A stretch of DNA of 63,519 bases, filler included, from Octopus bimaculoides (GCF_001194135.2; 9 parts of 9 records of this genome joined end to end with filler, not necessarily neighbours in it), one strand, 5' to 3'; counted from the first letter of the whole stretch, positions 1-14,230 are shown. Made by a program: numbers and translations. Notes: generated by a model from the sequence alone, not told the origin.

Positions 1-39
<39 letters not shown>

Positions 40-216
40 CATACATACAGATACATATATATACATGTACACACACATATACATATACATATGCATAAAC
101 ACACACATACACACATACACACACATATGTATATGCATACATGCGTACATACATACGTACATACATACATACATACATACATACTTACATACATACATAC
201 ATACACACGCACATAT
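1..216. repeat. Compound (TA)n/(TACA)n microsatellite
   Basis: Direct inspection. Confidence 0.95.
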
Positions 217-2069
217 TCAGGTAAATAAGATTTTCCCATAACAAGTAGAAGTATAAAGGAAAGAAGTTGAAAAATGCACTTGAAGTGTTTAAGAAGATTT
301 ATTTACATTTATTTAACCAGTTTCACAATTTTCTGATTTTTTTTTTTAAGTAATGTGTGACAGAAAGACCTGGAACTATATTCGTCTCCATTCTGAGTTG
401 AAGCAATCGCGGCATAGCTCCCAGCTGTAAAAAGACTCATAAAAATGTCAGATTATTGCATCTGATTAGTTATTCAGTTTTAGAAGCTCGAACTTCTCTA
501 AATGGCTGTAAGAAAGTTGCCAAGAAGCAGCTAAATACTAGATACTGGTATGTTTGCAGTTTTCAGAATTGTGGCTCTTGTTTTGCGAGGAAGACAGCTA
601 TTGCTTGACAAGTCTTCAACAATTATATCTATATAACAATGGCCGTTATAAATGTTGACTGGTTGGTTGGCTAGTTTTTCCATTCACACTTTGCATCGTA
701 TAGAGAGAAGGCCGGAGAGAGGGAGAGTAACAGAGAAATACAGAGAGAGTTAAACAAAAGAGATACAGGGTGAGTGCTTGGTGGCATGCAATGAGTAAAA
801 AATACTACATACAGTGAGAAAGAAAAGCTCATAGGAGAAATTGAAAGGGGAGCAGAAAGAGGAGGGGAGAGGAAGTAAATGACAGTCTTTATAAAAGGAG
901 TTATATAAATGAGATCTAAGTTTTTCTGCGAGGAGAAAATGCTACAACGATTAGCAGATTTTCGTTCGAATCTGCCGGAACGTATGAAGAATGAATAAAT
1001 ACGCTATTGTTTTGTTTTATCTAATGTTTTTAAGGTAATAAATATCTTTCTTTTGAAAATTATTATTCATTTAATCACCTTGTATAAGCAGCAAGAAATT
1101 TGATAAAAGGTAAATTATAATTATTGTATCTATGCTATATTTTCGGATATTACCAAAGTCACACCTTTTTTACTGCATAGACACGAAAGTAAAAGAAATT
1201 AGGTCATCCTGTATTGATCTGGTAATAAGAACTGCCATCATTTCCCTAATGTCAAAGTGACCAAATTATGCCATTAGGGAGAAATCTGAGAGAAAGGAAC
1301 TCAGCTTATTTAATAAACGACTATGTCATGTAATGAATCCAACAAAGTCACTTTTTATGATAACTTACGTTCTGTTATGCTAAAAGTCACCTTAAAGGCT
1401 TTGTAACTTTAATGTCAGAATAGGTTCCGATTTTGATACTCGGTCTGGTGTGACTGGCATCCATAAACAGAATAAATATAAAGGTCTGCATCTGCTGTAT
1501 ATTTATAACATACGACTTCTCTATCACCAACGTACTATTCTACTAACAAAAGAATCACAAAGCAACTTTGATGCTTCCTCGGTCCAAAGATAAGTATTTA
1601 ATTGACTACATAATCACCAAAAGACGTGACAGAATGGATGTTCTTGTCATTCGTTCATTCTATGCTACCCATTTGCTATCAAACTCCTTGTTGTGCAGTA
1701 AAATATCTTTCAGAATTTCAAATAACGATATCAAAATATCAAAGCTTCTAGACGTATAAATGTCAAGTCAATCAATGTTGGAGAATTCACAGGTAAATTA
1801 GATGCAACTTTGTCGAATGTAAATATCAGACAATGTAGAGATTTGTTGGAGAGCTGTCTCAGACAAGCAACATATTTGGCTTTCTTTGCGATACTTGGTT
1901 TGGCTAACCGAGATGGGCTCGACTAGAACAATCTTGAAATAAAGTCTGTCTCACATTGCACTCTGAGCACAGTCGGTACATTGGATGTTTAGACGAGACA
2001 CTTAGCTTAAAACAAACAAGCAAATAAACAAACAAACAAACAAAAGCTGCTACAAGAAGTTACTATTAG

Positions 2070-2830
2070 TTGAAAGCAAACTGAAATGCATCAAAACAAT
2101 TTGGAATAGAGAAAAACTAATTAAAAAATCATACTAAAGGAACTGAAATAAGGAAACTAGACCAGAACCAGACATACAAATACTTAGAAACCAATGAACT
2201 ACATGGAGTACAAAACGCACAAATGAAAGTTAAAAAGAGAATATTATAGATGAACTAGGTTAATTTGTCAAAACAGAGCTAAAGGCAAACAAAAAAAAAA
2301 AAGATAATAGGCGTTAATAGTTTAGTTGTTCCTAGTTTATAATATTTTTCACATGAAACTAAATGAACTAGTAAGACTAGGCAAGAAAATAAGGAAAATA
2401 ATGACTGCATTTAGAATACACTACCCAAAATCTGACATAGAAAGATTATATATAGAACGAATTGAAGGAGGTAGAGGCCTTACACAACTAGAAAACTACT
2501 ATAAGATATCGAGCATAGGACTGCAGAATTATCTATTTCAGAATCAAGGAAAACTGATGCAAATAACTACAAAACATGAACAAAGCAAGAAACTGTTTTC
2601 TGTCTTCAAGAAAATTAAAAAATACAAAATAGGTCGGAATAACTTATTGATATGAAGAAAAATTTGGGCTACAAGATTCTATGATAAAGTAATGGCAAGA
2701 AAGGTCCCTACATGGATAATACAGGAATAAAATGAACAGAATTGAAATAGACAAAAATTAAGTTCTAACACTGGCTGAGAAGTGCGGGTATCAGTGCAGA
2801 GACTGAAGGGTTCGTAACCGCAGCGCCAGA
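2070..2830 (+). mobile_element. Degenerate R4/Dong-like non-LTR retrotransposon, RT C-terminal region
   Basis: ORF 2326-2655 contains HYPKSDIERLYIERIEGGRGL (family motif HPKSDVDRLYLPRKEGGRGL); downstream reads ETEGFVTAA; frameshifted. Confidence 0.8.
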
Positions 2831-2859
2831 AACCACTAAAAAATATGGTGTCATCTATT

Positions 2860-3150
2860 AAGACCGGTACATGAATTGCTTTTTCTCTTGGTGGTCCCTG
2901 ATAACAATTTCTGGTCGATTAGCTTTTATCTCCCTATCTGTGTGTATTGGCATATCCCAGAGTATAGTTGCGTTGTCATTTTCTGAGACCATTTTTTTTT
3001 AGTATGCCTATACCATTTCTTTCTTTTTACTGTTGACAATCTCCGGTGCGGGCACAACTTTTAGCACATATAATTCCAACTCTGTCATGTCTATTGATGT
3101 ATTCCTTTTTGGCCAAGACTGGACAGCCATAAACGATATTATTTATTTAT
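2860..3150 (-). mobile_element. R4-like LINE Zn-knuckle/REL endonuclease fragment, inverted relative to the adjacent fragment
   Basis: Minus-strand translation gives YGCPVLAKKEYINRHDRVG and SENDNATILWD..HTDREIKANRPEIVIRD. Confidence 0.7.
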
Positions 3151-3367
3151 TGTTTCTTTCCCACCGGATTTGCTAAAAGGCTGCTAGGCTAAATAATGTG
3201 CATCTGTCACTCTTACGGTCGCTTCGGGGTACGATTTCGTTTCGTCTTGTTCCGAAGTATATTGTATTTATTACACACTATATCTATTAAGTGATATTTT
3301 ACGAGCTGACCACTGTAGCCTCTGACTTTTCTACGGTTTATGTATGTTAAGTATGTCATCTAGATAA

Positions 3368-3423
<56 letters not shown>

Positions 3424-3439
3424 AATGATGATGATGATG

Positions 3440-3498
<59 letters not shown>
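3368..3498. repeat. (ATG)n(ATA)n microsatellite
   Basis: Direct inspection. Similar arrays occur at 4240-4356 and 5480-5582. Confidence 0.95.
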
Positions 3499-3499
<1 letters not shown>

Positions 3500-3700
3500 G
3501 TTTCAAATTTTTCCACAAGCAATTTTGGTGGAGGAGATGAGTCGATTACATGGACTCCAATATTCAATTGGTACTTATTTTATCGACCACGAAAGGATGA
3601 AAGCAAAGTCGACCTCGGCGAAATTTGAGCTCAAAAAATAAAGACCGACAAAAAAATGCTAAGCATTTCGTCCAGTTAAGCATTTTCAGCTTGCTGCCCT
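3500..3700 (-). mobile_element. Nin-domain-like tRNA SINE (family C) copy
   Basis: Reverse complement of the core GTCGACTTTGCTTTCATCCTTTCGTGGTCGATAAAATAAGTACCA. Other copies at about 10975-11185(+), 18260-18400(+), 21715-21835(+), 22220-22435(-), 23570-23795(+), 25510-25690(+), 29845-31000 (cluster), 55410-55505(-) and 55895-55980(-). The Nin-domain assignment is from recalled consensus. Confidence 0.8.
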
Positions 3701-3711
3701 GCAGTACCAGA

Positions 3712-4263
3712 CAGTGGCTCTCGTGGCTTCTGATCTTAACTCGCTGGAAGTGTTATCATTTACATTGTCTTGTCTTGGTATAAAAGATGAGCCACAACAA
3801 ATATTCTGCGCAATGCCACAGATTTGCTTGTCAGTTGTTTGATCTTAACCAATTGAGTATGTCACTTAGTAGCTGACGATATGTGCATCTCTGTTCACGA
3901 GCAGAAGTAGTGGGGAGCATCATAGCCATATGTTAAGAGGAATTCTCTGAAATTTGGATAATTCACCTTTGGAAACATGGGTGTTTCATTCAACCTCCTT
4001 AAACAACCCTTTTCCAGGGATCTTATGAGCGGGATGGGCTACTCGACATGAACAAAAATCCTAAAAGGGCCCTACCTGCAGGGTCATGCGCTGTTTATCT
4101 TGATATGCGATCACCATGTCGCGGACATATGGTTGTGATGCATGTGCCTGGTGTACCCTTATCAGACGGGTAGTCATGACGTGTATACTGGGCTTCGTAT
4201 ATTTTATCCCAGTATCACTTTGGACTGCTCTCTTACTCAATAATGATGATAATGATAATGATG

Positions 4264-4355
<92 letters not shown>

Positions 4356-4356
4356 C
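3712..4356 (+). mobile_element. Interspersed repeat (family E) ending in an (AAT)n tail; probable retroposon 3' end
   Basis: Homologous pieces at about 31160-31365(+) and 38385-38830(-, with an internal duplication). Confidence 0.7.
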
Positions 4357-5478
4357 TGAGTATATGAGAAATAAGTCAGAAAGACTGATTTCGGCTGCCA
4401 GAGAAACTGCGGAAACGGCAATGGAATACAAGAAAAGAAGAAAACAGGAGCGGAAAAAAAAAACATCCGGGGAAAAGGACTTCTCGGTCAACATCTCAGA
4501 CAAACGCAGGACGTCGCAGATGGGGAGTCTTGGTTATGGCAGAAAAATGGAAACATTAAGAAAGAAACAGAAAGACCATAGTAGCAAAAAGTTTGTGTTC
4601 CCACATATTTCATGGAAGCACTTCACTCGGGTGTAGATATTCATTTCCATGTGCCGATTCGTCAGTGGCTCATACTTGTAAGGTATTGTGCATCTGGCAG
4701 TCGCATCCAGTAATTCTGCAGGAGCTAATGAATTTGTTCTTCATTTGTATATTTTTAAATGTTCTGCCGTTTTTAACTTAGTGTGTTTATTTGCCATATA
4801 TGTCTGTATAATATTTGTCATCTCTATTGCGAAGGATTTCGTCTTTGAAAAATATTGCTCTATGCGGTCACACTGGTAATAGTGGTGATGTTAAAGTTAG
4901 TAACAAGTGATGGTAATACTTTCTTTGTTATCAGAAATTGCTTCGCTTGCTTTGTTATTCGTTGTTGGTGTGTTGTTGTTAATTAGCGCTGTGGTGGCGA
5001 TGGTGATGCTTTCATTGTTGCGATACGCTGCTTTGCATGCTTTTAAAAAATTATTGTTGAAGTTGATGTTAACTGCTGCAAGGGCGGCAGTGGTGTTGAT
5101 GATAATGTTTGACAGGCTGCTGTTATCATTCTTTGGCATGTTGTTGTTGTCAGTGTTTCCGTTCATGTAAATTTTTAAAGATTTTTGTACCTTGATGAGA
5201 GGAAAGGCATCGCTTATACTCTCTTCAAACCTATCACTTCCTTTGACTGATTGGTTGTTAAAGTCATCACCATCTTTTAAATTTGTTTTCTAGAAATTCT
5301 AGAACAACATTTTTGAATATTTTCCTCCAAAGGGGCAAGAAACAAAAGCGCTAATCAGCTCACTGGCTCCTTGGTTAACTTAGCAAAGGCATATAATATA
5401 TGTTAGCAAGGAAAGTGTTAACAGATATATAAAAAAGCAAGACTTATGGAAAGTAATTGAGTACATGTTGTTGATACA

Positions 5479-5580
<102 letters not shown>

Positions 5581-5682
5581 AAATAAATTTCAATGAGTAT
5601 TACTTACTCGGGTATAGTCCAACCCTTTGTCAGCTATANNNNNNNNNNNNNNNNNNNNNNNNNNNNNNNNNNNNNNNNNNNN

Positions 5683-5694
5683 TTAATTAATTAA
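5683..5694. other. Assembly gap marker TTAATTAATTAA between N runs (artefact)
   Basis: The identical 12-mer is embedded in N runs at about 35093, 37010, 42358, 44137, 46606, 59234 and 61285. Confidence 0.95.
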
Positions 5695-5756
5695 NNNNNN
5701 NNNNNNNNNNNNNNNNNNNNNNNNNNNNNNNNNNNNNNTGTGTGTGTGTGTGTGTG

Positions 5757-5799
<43 letters not shown>

Positions 5800-6919
5800 T
5801 TATTTGCAGGATTCCCTGGTTGGATGCTATTTGTTTGGAAAATGGCACTGGCATGAGTGCATTCCATCTCATTATCTGTCCCTCTGACCACCCATCTTCA
5901 TTCTCAGACATTGTACATCTAGAACTACGTTATCCTTACTTCTCTTTGGAAAAGAAGACTGTGGGTATTATTTGCTATTTCTAGCAAGCGGAGTGCCTAC
6001 ATCGAAGCCTCCTCATTGGCTTGCGTGCCCCTTGTCTCTAAACTCATGGGGCAATAGCATAAAGCTGCTCTGTAGATAGCAATGTTGTTGTAAGAAATAT
6101 TCTTGCTGCTTGTTTTCAGAAGTGTTTGCTACAGCAGGGACTTCTACGTCTGATAAAATATCGTCGAAGATGAGTAATTTTGGCTTACATTAGGGGATAA
6201 AACATTTCTCTTTAATGTCCTATTTAGAATATTGAAATTAAAACTTTATCAGTGATAAAACATCTAATTGGCAGATAATTGTTTCTGAGGGTGAGCCACA
6301 TAGGAAAACTGAATTAATCAGATGTATCTGTAACACATAAATACCTGATTAAAAGCTTGAGGTAACCCATATATTTAGCATCTCAGATAAAGTCTATCAT
6401 TATATAACTTGCCTCCTGAATAGATATTTATGATAAGGAAAACATCAAATCTTGGCAAGGTTTAAATTTAGAACTACATTACGAAGCTGCTCTTGTGTTC
6501 TTCAAACTATAATTAATTGATCCACTAAGATTGTGACTGAAATAGTTCTGCTCATTGTTTAATGATATCAAATGTATAAGAACTTCCAAAGAGCAGAGAT
6601 GAAACAGTTGAGTGAGTTGGGAGTTCAAATGTCCTGTAAATTCATTGTAATGTCTTTCAGTAACGCTCCTTAGATCGCACAGATATGGAAATTCGGTAGT
6701 GTGTCTTCTGGGCTAGAATTCCTCATTGTTTCAATCTTCACTTTCTCTTCTTGCATGGATCAGATGTGTTTCATTGAAGCAAATTTTCTGCAACTGGATG
6801 CTCTTCCTGTCACCAATCTTTACCTGTTTCCAGGCGTAGCAGTATTTTCTCCTTGTGTGAACATGTTTTCTTTGAAGACTGCAAACAAATCCAATTGCTT
6901 GTATGATGGCGAAGTATCC

Positions 6920-7285
6920 TTTTATTTGTTTCAGTCATTTGACTGGGGCCATGCTGGAGCACCACCTTTAGTCGAACAAATCAACCCCAGGACTTATTCT
7001 TAGTAAGCCTAGTACTTATTCTATTGGTCTCTTTTGCTGAACCACTAAGTTACGGGGACATAAACACACCAACATCGGTCATCAAGCGATGGTGGGGGGA
7101 CAAACACATAAACATACACACACACATATAAATGACAGGCTTCTTTCAGTTTCCATCTACCAAATCCACTTACAAAGGCATTGGTCATCCTGAGGCTATA
7201 ATAGAAGACACTTGCTCAAGGTGTCATGCACGGGGACTGAACCCAGAACCATGTGGCTGGTAAACAAGCTACTTACCACACAGCA
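6920..7285 (-). mobile_element. tRNA-derived SINE (family B) with a central microsatellite
   Basis: Head GTGGCTGTGTGGTAAGTAGCTTG...GGTTCAGTCCC (A/B boxes), core GGCACCTTGGGCAAGTGTCTT and tail ...CCAGCATGGCC..AGTC..ATGACTGAAACAA. Further copies at about 7475-7800(-), 9680-10195(+), 11260-11645(-), 12235-12650(+), 13490-13640(-), 16335-16665(-), 20800-21000(-), 24190-24735(+), 25300-25505(-), 34770-34990(-), 41130-41345(+), 41580-41680(+), 41870-42065(-) and 42105-42270(+). Confidence 0.88.
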
Positions 7286-7313
7286 CAGTCAATGCATGAT
7301 GTCAAAACAAGGA

Positions 7314-7349
<36 letters not shown>

Positions 7350-8553
7350 ATGGGCTTCTTGACAGTTTCTACCTAATCCATTCACAAGGCTTTGGTCAAC
7401 CCAAGGTTATAGTAGAAAACTCTTGCCCATACTGCAGCACAGAGGGACTGAATGTAAGATCACATCTTTTATGTTTTATTTGTTTCAGTCATTAGACTGT
7501 GGCCATTCTGCAGCACCACTGTGAATAATTTTTAGTTGAATGAATCAACCCTATTATTCTATCAGTGTCTTTAGCCAAACTGCTAAGTTACAGGGATGTA
7601 AACACACCAACACTGGTTGTCAAGTAGCGGTGGGACACACACACACACACACACACAAACGATGGACTTCTTTCAGTTTCTGTCTACTAAATCCACTCAG
7701 AAGGCTTTGGTTGGCCCAAGACTATAGTAGCAGACACTTGCTGAAGGTGCCATGCTGTAAGATTGAACCCAGGACCACGTGGTTGGGAAGCAATTATTTT
7801 ATCATTCATCCATGCCAGATGGGAAAGAGCTGATTTTCTGATATTGAACTACCAGCTTGGAAAGCACACAGCCATATCAGTGCCTGACTTGGTTATAATA
7901 AACTGGAGTCCTATCCACAGCAAGATCTGTTTCACATTTGGATAATGCTAATCTGATGGATTCAAACTCTGCGTTTAATGAAAATATTGATTTATGTTCA
8001 GCTTGTATCAAGAACAGAATGCTGAAGTAATGTTTGAAACCTAAGTTAAGGGAGCTTGTCAAAAACTATTAAGGGTGGTTTTTGTTTAATTACGTAGTTT
8101 TGTATAATAGAATCAGGAATACTCTTGAGCAGATTGGAACCAAAATGGTTAAGGAGTAATATGTCACATGCATATAGTCAATACACAACATGATAGCTAA
8201 ATGGATAAAAGGTCAGACTCTCAGGTGTAGATTCATATTTCAATAATGCCATTATAATTCTATACTGGAAAGAAATATCATCAATTTACTCAGGCTCAAT
8301 TTCCTGTGGGAAATCAAGCAAGTAATGAGAAAATAACTCGTTAGAAAACCAAATTGATTGGAAACGGAAGCAAGCAGGTAGTTTGCACTTCTTGAGAGAA
8401 ACTTTTCTCATACACATGATTGCACAACTGGGCTGAAAAGCTAGTTTAAATAATATGAATTTCATTGTTAACATCATTTCCTCATCATTGTATAATTAAT
8501 CTTGCATTGATTCAGGACAATGTCACAAAAAGATATTTTAAATGTGTACTTAC

Positions 8554-8632
8554 ACCGTAACTTTTCATCCACATTACCTCGGGAGGTTACCGATAAGGCT
8601 TGTAGAAATTCATCAAATTCTATGTAACCATC
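8554..8632 (-). CDS. NCS1: Neuronal calcium sensor-1/frequenin coding exon (EF-hand 2 region), 79 nt
   Basis: Minus strand reads ttgcag|GATGGTTACATAGAATTTGATGAATTTCTACAAGCCTTATCGGTAACCTCCCGAGGTAATGTGGATGAAAAGTTACGGT|gtaagt = [26 protein letters not shown](W). This matches NCS-1 [27 protein letters not shown] and has canonical AG/GT splice sites. Confidence 0.95.
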
Positions 8633-8804
8633 CTGCAATTAGTAAATAATAAGAAATGGTTTATAATCAATAAGACAAGAACAATAAAGACAAACTTGTT
8701 ACCAGTTCAAATATGCTTGAGGCATATTTGAACCATAAGAAGGCCAATCACTAAATTATTTTCATGAAGAGAATTTCTTGCAGAAGACAAAAGTACAGTG
8801 AGTC

Positions 8805-8975
8805 AGCTCCAAGCATCCATGCAGGCATTTTGGCGTTAGGAAGGGCATCCAGCTGTAGAAACTCTGCCAGATCAGATTGGAGCCTGGTGCAGCCTCCTGG
8901 CTTGCCAGTCCTCAGTCAAACTGTCCAGCCCATGCCAGCATGGAAAACGGATGTTAAACAACAAGGATGATGAGC
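8805..8975 (+). mobile_element. SINE-like repeat (family A) with an RTE-type 3' tail ending in (GAT)n
   Basis: GTTAGGAAGGGCATCCAGCTGTAGAAACT...CCCATGCCAGCATGGAAA.CGGACGTTAAA.GATGATG. Copies at about 10480-10655(+), 14360-14540(+), 17195-17380(+), 18845-19330(-), 21235-21600(-), 22800-23010(+), 25855-26150(-), 30620-30790(-) and 32400-32545(-). Confidence 0.85.
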
Positions 8976-11900
8976 TCTACTTCAGCCACAGAAACTGGAC
9001 AAGGTGCACTGTGAGCTGACATGATAGAGAGTGTCCTCCTTAGGATTTTCCCATCACCATTCAATGACTGGTTGCACTAATTGATGGTTCATTGTAAAGA
9101 AAATACCCCATATTTAAGGCATAATAGAATGTGTAAGAAGGCCATTCACTATGTTTTGTGATGGAGAAAATTTTTCATTGGGGACAAATAGGTGTAAATA
9201 GACTGAGTCAGCAGCTCTCAGTTTCCCCTAACCAGGCTGGGACACATTTATTTTCCCATCATGCTTTAATGTTTATGTATAAGCAGATGGGAAATAAAAG
9301 GTTTTTACAAGATACTGGACAACTACCAGCTTGTAAATGCATTTGTAATTTCTAAGTGCAGCAAAAATATTTGAATAATAAGTGGAAATGTTACATGTTT
9401 GGTGTCTTATTAGAAAGATTAATTTTTCACACACTTATTGTATCTGAATTTTGACTAAGAACCAGTTTAATGAAGTCACAAGACTTGCTGAAGTGGCCAG
9501 GTGGATGTAATATTGGACTACCACATAATGGTTAGCAAATTCAACATGACACCATTCATTTAGAGATATTTGTCATCTCTTCTGTCCTCAACATCTCTTC
9601 CCATATTTTCCTGTTCTGACGACCTGCTCCTTAACAATACACAGAACACTTTTGCTCAATACTTATTTCCATATCAACATAGGTGCAGGAGTGGTTGTGT
9701 GGTAAGTAGCTTGCTTCCCAACCACATGGTTCCGGGTTCAATTACACTATGTGGCACCTTGGGCAAGTGTCTTCCACTATAGCCTCAGGCCGATCATAGC
9801 CTTGTGAGTGGATTTGGGAGACGGAAACAGAAAGAAGCCCATCCTATATATATANNNNNNNNNNATAATAGGATGAACTCTTTTACAAGAATTTATCAAG
9901 TAGCTAGCGTGAAAAAGAACCTCATAAGGGAAAAAATCCATCATTTATTCCCAAAATATAGTATAGTAATGCCCTTATATATATATATATATATATATGT
10001 ATCTATGTATGTATATGTTTGTGTGTCTGTGTTTTTAGCCCCAACATTGCCTGACAACTGATGCTGGTGTGTTTATGTCCCCGTCACTTTGCAGTTTGCC
10101 AAGAGAGACGGATAGAATAAGTACAAGGCTTCTCAACTAAAGGTGATGCTCCAGCAAGGCTGCAGTCAAATGACTGAAACAAATAAAAGGATAAAAAAAT
10201 GTATCTCTCTCCTCTACACTTCTAATGTACCGTTTAAATCCTAGCTGCTCTTTCAGTTCACTGATATTTTTTATCTTTTCTCTTGTTTTAATCATTAGAC
10301 TGTGGCTAGGCTGGGGCACCATCTTGAAGAATCTTTAGTTGGGCCTCAGGTAGGCAGTGATCGAGAACTTTGGTATAATGTCGTGCTTGAGAAGAAAACC
10401 CATCAAGCCAAGCAAAATCGCAGTCATGGCAGATACTGGTGTCACGCAAAAGGGCACCCATGCTGGTGGCACATAAAACCACCCATTACACTCTCGGAGT
10501 GGTGTGGTGTTAGGAAGGGCATCCAGTTGTAGAAAACCATGCCAAATCAGACTGGATCCTGGGGCAGCCTTCTTGCATGCCAGCCCTGGTCAAACTGTCC
10601 AACCCATGCCAGCATGGACAACGGACGTTAAATGATGATGATGATGATGATGATGAATTGAGCCCAGTAATTCTTTCTAAACTTGGAACTTATTCCATCG
10701 GTCTCTCATACCAAGAGTTATGGGGATGCTTGACAATCAGTGTTGGTGTGTTTATGTCCCTATAACTTAGCAGTTCAGCCAAAGAGCCAGATAGAATAAG
10801 TGTCAGGCTTAAAGAAAAGAATGAGTACTGGGGTCGATTTGTTTTACTAAAAATTCTTCAAAGCAGTGCTCCAGCATGAGCACAATCTAATGAGTGAAAC
10901 AACTAAAAGATAAAAGGTAAACTTATTGTCCAAAAGATTGATTCTTCGGACAATACTCTTAACAGAATGCAGTGAGCTAGCAGAAACAGTAGTACACCGG
11001 GCGAAATGGTTGTCGGTATTTCGGCTGACTTCACATTCTAAGTTCAAATTCTGCTGAGGTCGACTTCGCCTTTCATCCTTTCGAGGTCGATAAATTAGGT
11101 ACCAGTTGCGTACTAGGGTCGATCTAATCAACCGGCTCCACCCCACCCCCAAAATTTCAGGCCTCGTGTCTAGAGTAGAAACGAATACTCTTTAAAAGAT
11201 TTTCCAGATTGAAGACATTACTAAATCTGTATAACCCTAACCCTAACTACTCTGTTATTCTTTTACTTGTTTCACTCATATGACTGTGGCCATGCTGGAG
11301 CACCGCCTTTAGTCGAGCAAATCGACCCCAGGACTTATTCTTTGTAAGTCTGGTACTTATTCTATCAGTCTCATTTGCAGAACCACTAAGTTATGGGAAA
11401 TTAAACACACTGGCATCAGTTGTCAAGCGATGTTTGGGGACAAACACAGACACAAACATATAAACACACACACACACACATATTTACGGTGGGCTTTCTT
11501 TCAGTTTCCATCTACAAAATCCACTCACAAGGCTTTGGTTGGCCCGAGGCTATAGTAGAAAACACTTGCCCAAGGTACCATGTAGAGGGATTGAACCTGA
11601 ACCATGTGGTTGGTAAGCAAGCTACTTACTACACAGCCACTCCTACGTTGTGTACAACAGATTTTTTTTTTAAATAGTTTTTAAAAAATGTGAAATATTG
11701 GGGTTAAATTCCTCACCTACTGGACTTATTTGAGAAAAATAATATGTTAATGAATGAATTTACAATGATGAGAAAAAAACAATTTACACTTGACTGCATT
11801 TTATGGTAATACCTGACTGGAGCTGAACCAATTTTCTCAGAAGTTATAAAAATTTAATTTTTGATTATTCATAATTGATAAACAAAAGTTTAAATGTAAA

Positions 11901-12402
11901 TTTCACAACAGCCAGGAGACAATGGTACCATAAAACATAATTGATAATTGAAAGATCAATAGGTTTTTACATATAACCCATCAATTAGATGTAAGCCTCT
12001 TAGCGAAATAAATCTGAATTCAGAACAATAACAAATACTCGATAGATAGAAATCAATAACTATTTTTGAAGCCACACCAAGCAAAGACCACAGAGTGCTG
12101 GCCTATCACAGAGCTGTGCTGCCTCTAGGGCCAAGCAAAATTTAAACCTTAAATAGCATGGTCTACTCAGCCATAAATCTCTCTTTCTCTCACTCTCTCT
12201 TTGCCTGTCTGTCTCTCTCTCTATATATAGGCACAGATAAGGCTGTGTGGTTAACAAGTTTGCTTCTGATCCACATGGTTCCAGGTTCAGTCCCACTGCG
12301 TGACACCTTGGGCAAGTCTCTTTTATTATAGCCTTGAGCCAATCAGAACCTTGTGAGTTGATATGGTAAACAGTATGAACAGAAACTGAAAGAAGCCCAC
12401 TG

Positions 12403-12455
<53 letters not shown>

Positions 12456-12971
12456 TTCTTTGTCTCTGTTTGCCCTACATCACCACATGACAACTGGTGT
12501 TGGTTTGTTTACATCTGCAAACTAAGCAGTTTGGTAAAAGAGACAGATAGAATAAGTAGCAAGCTTCAAAAAAAAGAAAAAAAAAGTACCGGGTTCAGTT
12601 ATTGAGTAAAACTCTTCAAGATGGTGCTGAATAAAGTGAAAGCAGTAAATGAATGATATGGATGTACGAAAGAACTTTTTTCCTTCTTTTCTTCCCTTCT
12701 TGCCCAACGTACTGTCTCGTAGTGTTGCTACCACCAACGGTTTTTTCAAATAAGTTACATAGCAATCTTCTCTACCCACAATTATCACAATCGGTTAAAA
12801 TGTCTTACGGTTAAGCTGGTTCCTATGTATTTCCCTGAAGAGAAGATTACATCCTTATCAACATCACCTATTCCTTTGGAAGGTACAATCTGTAATCTTC
12901 GAAACATATGTTGGAAATAAAAGAATTCATTTAACATATGCGTTTTACTCCATTTACTAAATTTATATATG

Positions 12972-13006
<35 letters not shown>

Positions 13007-13989
13007 TAGTCTTGAAGCCACCCTTCAGGTGGCATTCAGGCTACCTTTGAGGCCTCTGGCCCCACTATTGGCCCACTTCACAGCCCTCTACCCTTGTGTA
13101 ATGTAATGAACTTGGACACATTCATTGTATAGGGTGTTCAAAAAGTCTCTCTACAGTAAATGCAGTAAAAATAATGGAGGGAGTCAGTGGGCCCCATGTA
13201 AACAGCCCTTCAGAAATTGAACTTCCTTACAATACTCCCAGGGAGTTCGTGGAATGAAATTCATTGTTATTACTCCGATTTGGTTGCCAATGCCATATAT
13301 TTAACTTAAAATGCAGTAAAAATAGGTAGGAGGGGGGAGTCAGAGGGGCCCCAGTTAGGCAGCCTTAAAGGACATTCTCTGGGATTAGGAGAGTTGCTGA
13401 TTTGAGTTTCATTGTCTTTGCACTAACGGTCTAGGAGGAGGTAATGGACAGAGAAACATCACTCAAATTTATAATAGGATACACACACACACATATCAGG
13501 CTTCCTTCAGTTTCCATTAACCAAATCCACTCACAAGGCTTTGGTTGACCCAAGGCTATTGCAGAACATACTTGCCCAAGGTGCCATGCAGTGTGATTGA
13601 ACTCAGAGTTGGGAAGCAAACTTCTTACCACACAGCCATTGTTGTGCCTATATGGTTAAATTTCCAAAGAAAATCAAAGTGTTAATGTAATATGTATAAC
13701 TACACACACACACACCATGAGAATGCAGCCATTACTCACTCTAAAGTACGACTTTGTACCAGCATGAACCATGCTCTTTCACTAATGGCTTCAGATGGCC
13801 AGACAGTTGCAAGCAGACATGGACACTATCACCTCACCCTTCTTGCATTTAACTTAGTGAAACATCTAAGACGTAACAGCTGAGAAAGAAAGACAACTGC
13901 ACTAACACTTAACTGACACTTTATTTACCAGTCATCAAAAGGATGGAAGCCAAATTTGACTTCAATTGGAATTTAGCTCAGAGAGAGAG

Positions 13990-14230
13990 CTGGAACAATT
14001 GACTGACATACACAAACAGGACAATTGTGTGCTGTGGTGCAGAGTCCTGTTGCCAGACACTGGGTGCTCCAGCAGACACCCTCTTGACCCAGGGTAGCAG
14101 AACCTCCTCCAGGCACTTGATGTAGACCTCCATATTGAGTCTGAGGCTGTGTGAGAATTGTCTGTCGGCAAATTGTCTGCACATGGGAACAAATACTACA
14201 GGGTGTTCTAGCCAACGCTCAAATGTCTTG
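13990..14230 (-). mobile_element. Tc1/mariner superfamily (maT/DD37D-like) transposase fragment
   Basis: LRLNMEVYIKCLEEVLLPWVKRVSAGAPSVWQQDSAPQHT, containing the QQDSAPxH catalytic motif. Confidence 0.75.

Noticed and set aside
5191-5289. 99-nt AG/GT-bounded open stretch on the NCS-1 strand (KTNLKDGDDFNNQSVKGSDRFEESISDAFPLIK)
   Set aside because: It has no similarity to the expected next NCS-1 exon. Splicing it to the phase-1 exon end would create TAA at once, and there is no other support for a poison exon.
5683-5694. Recurrent TTAATTAATTAA motif
   Set aside because: Always embedded in N runs; it is a scaffolding gap marker, not biology.
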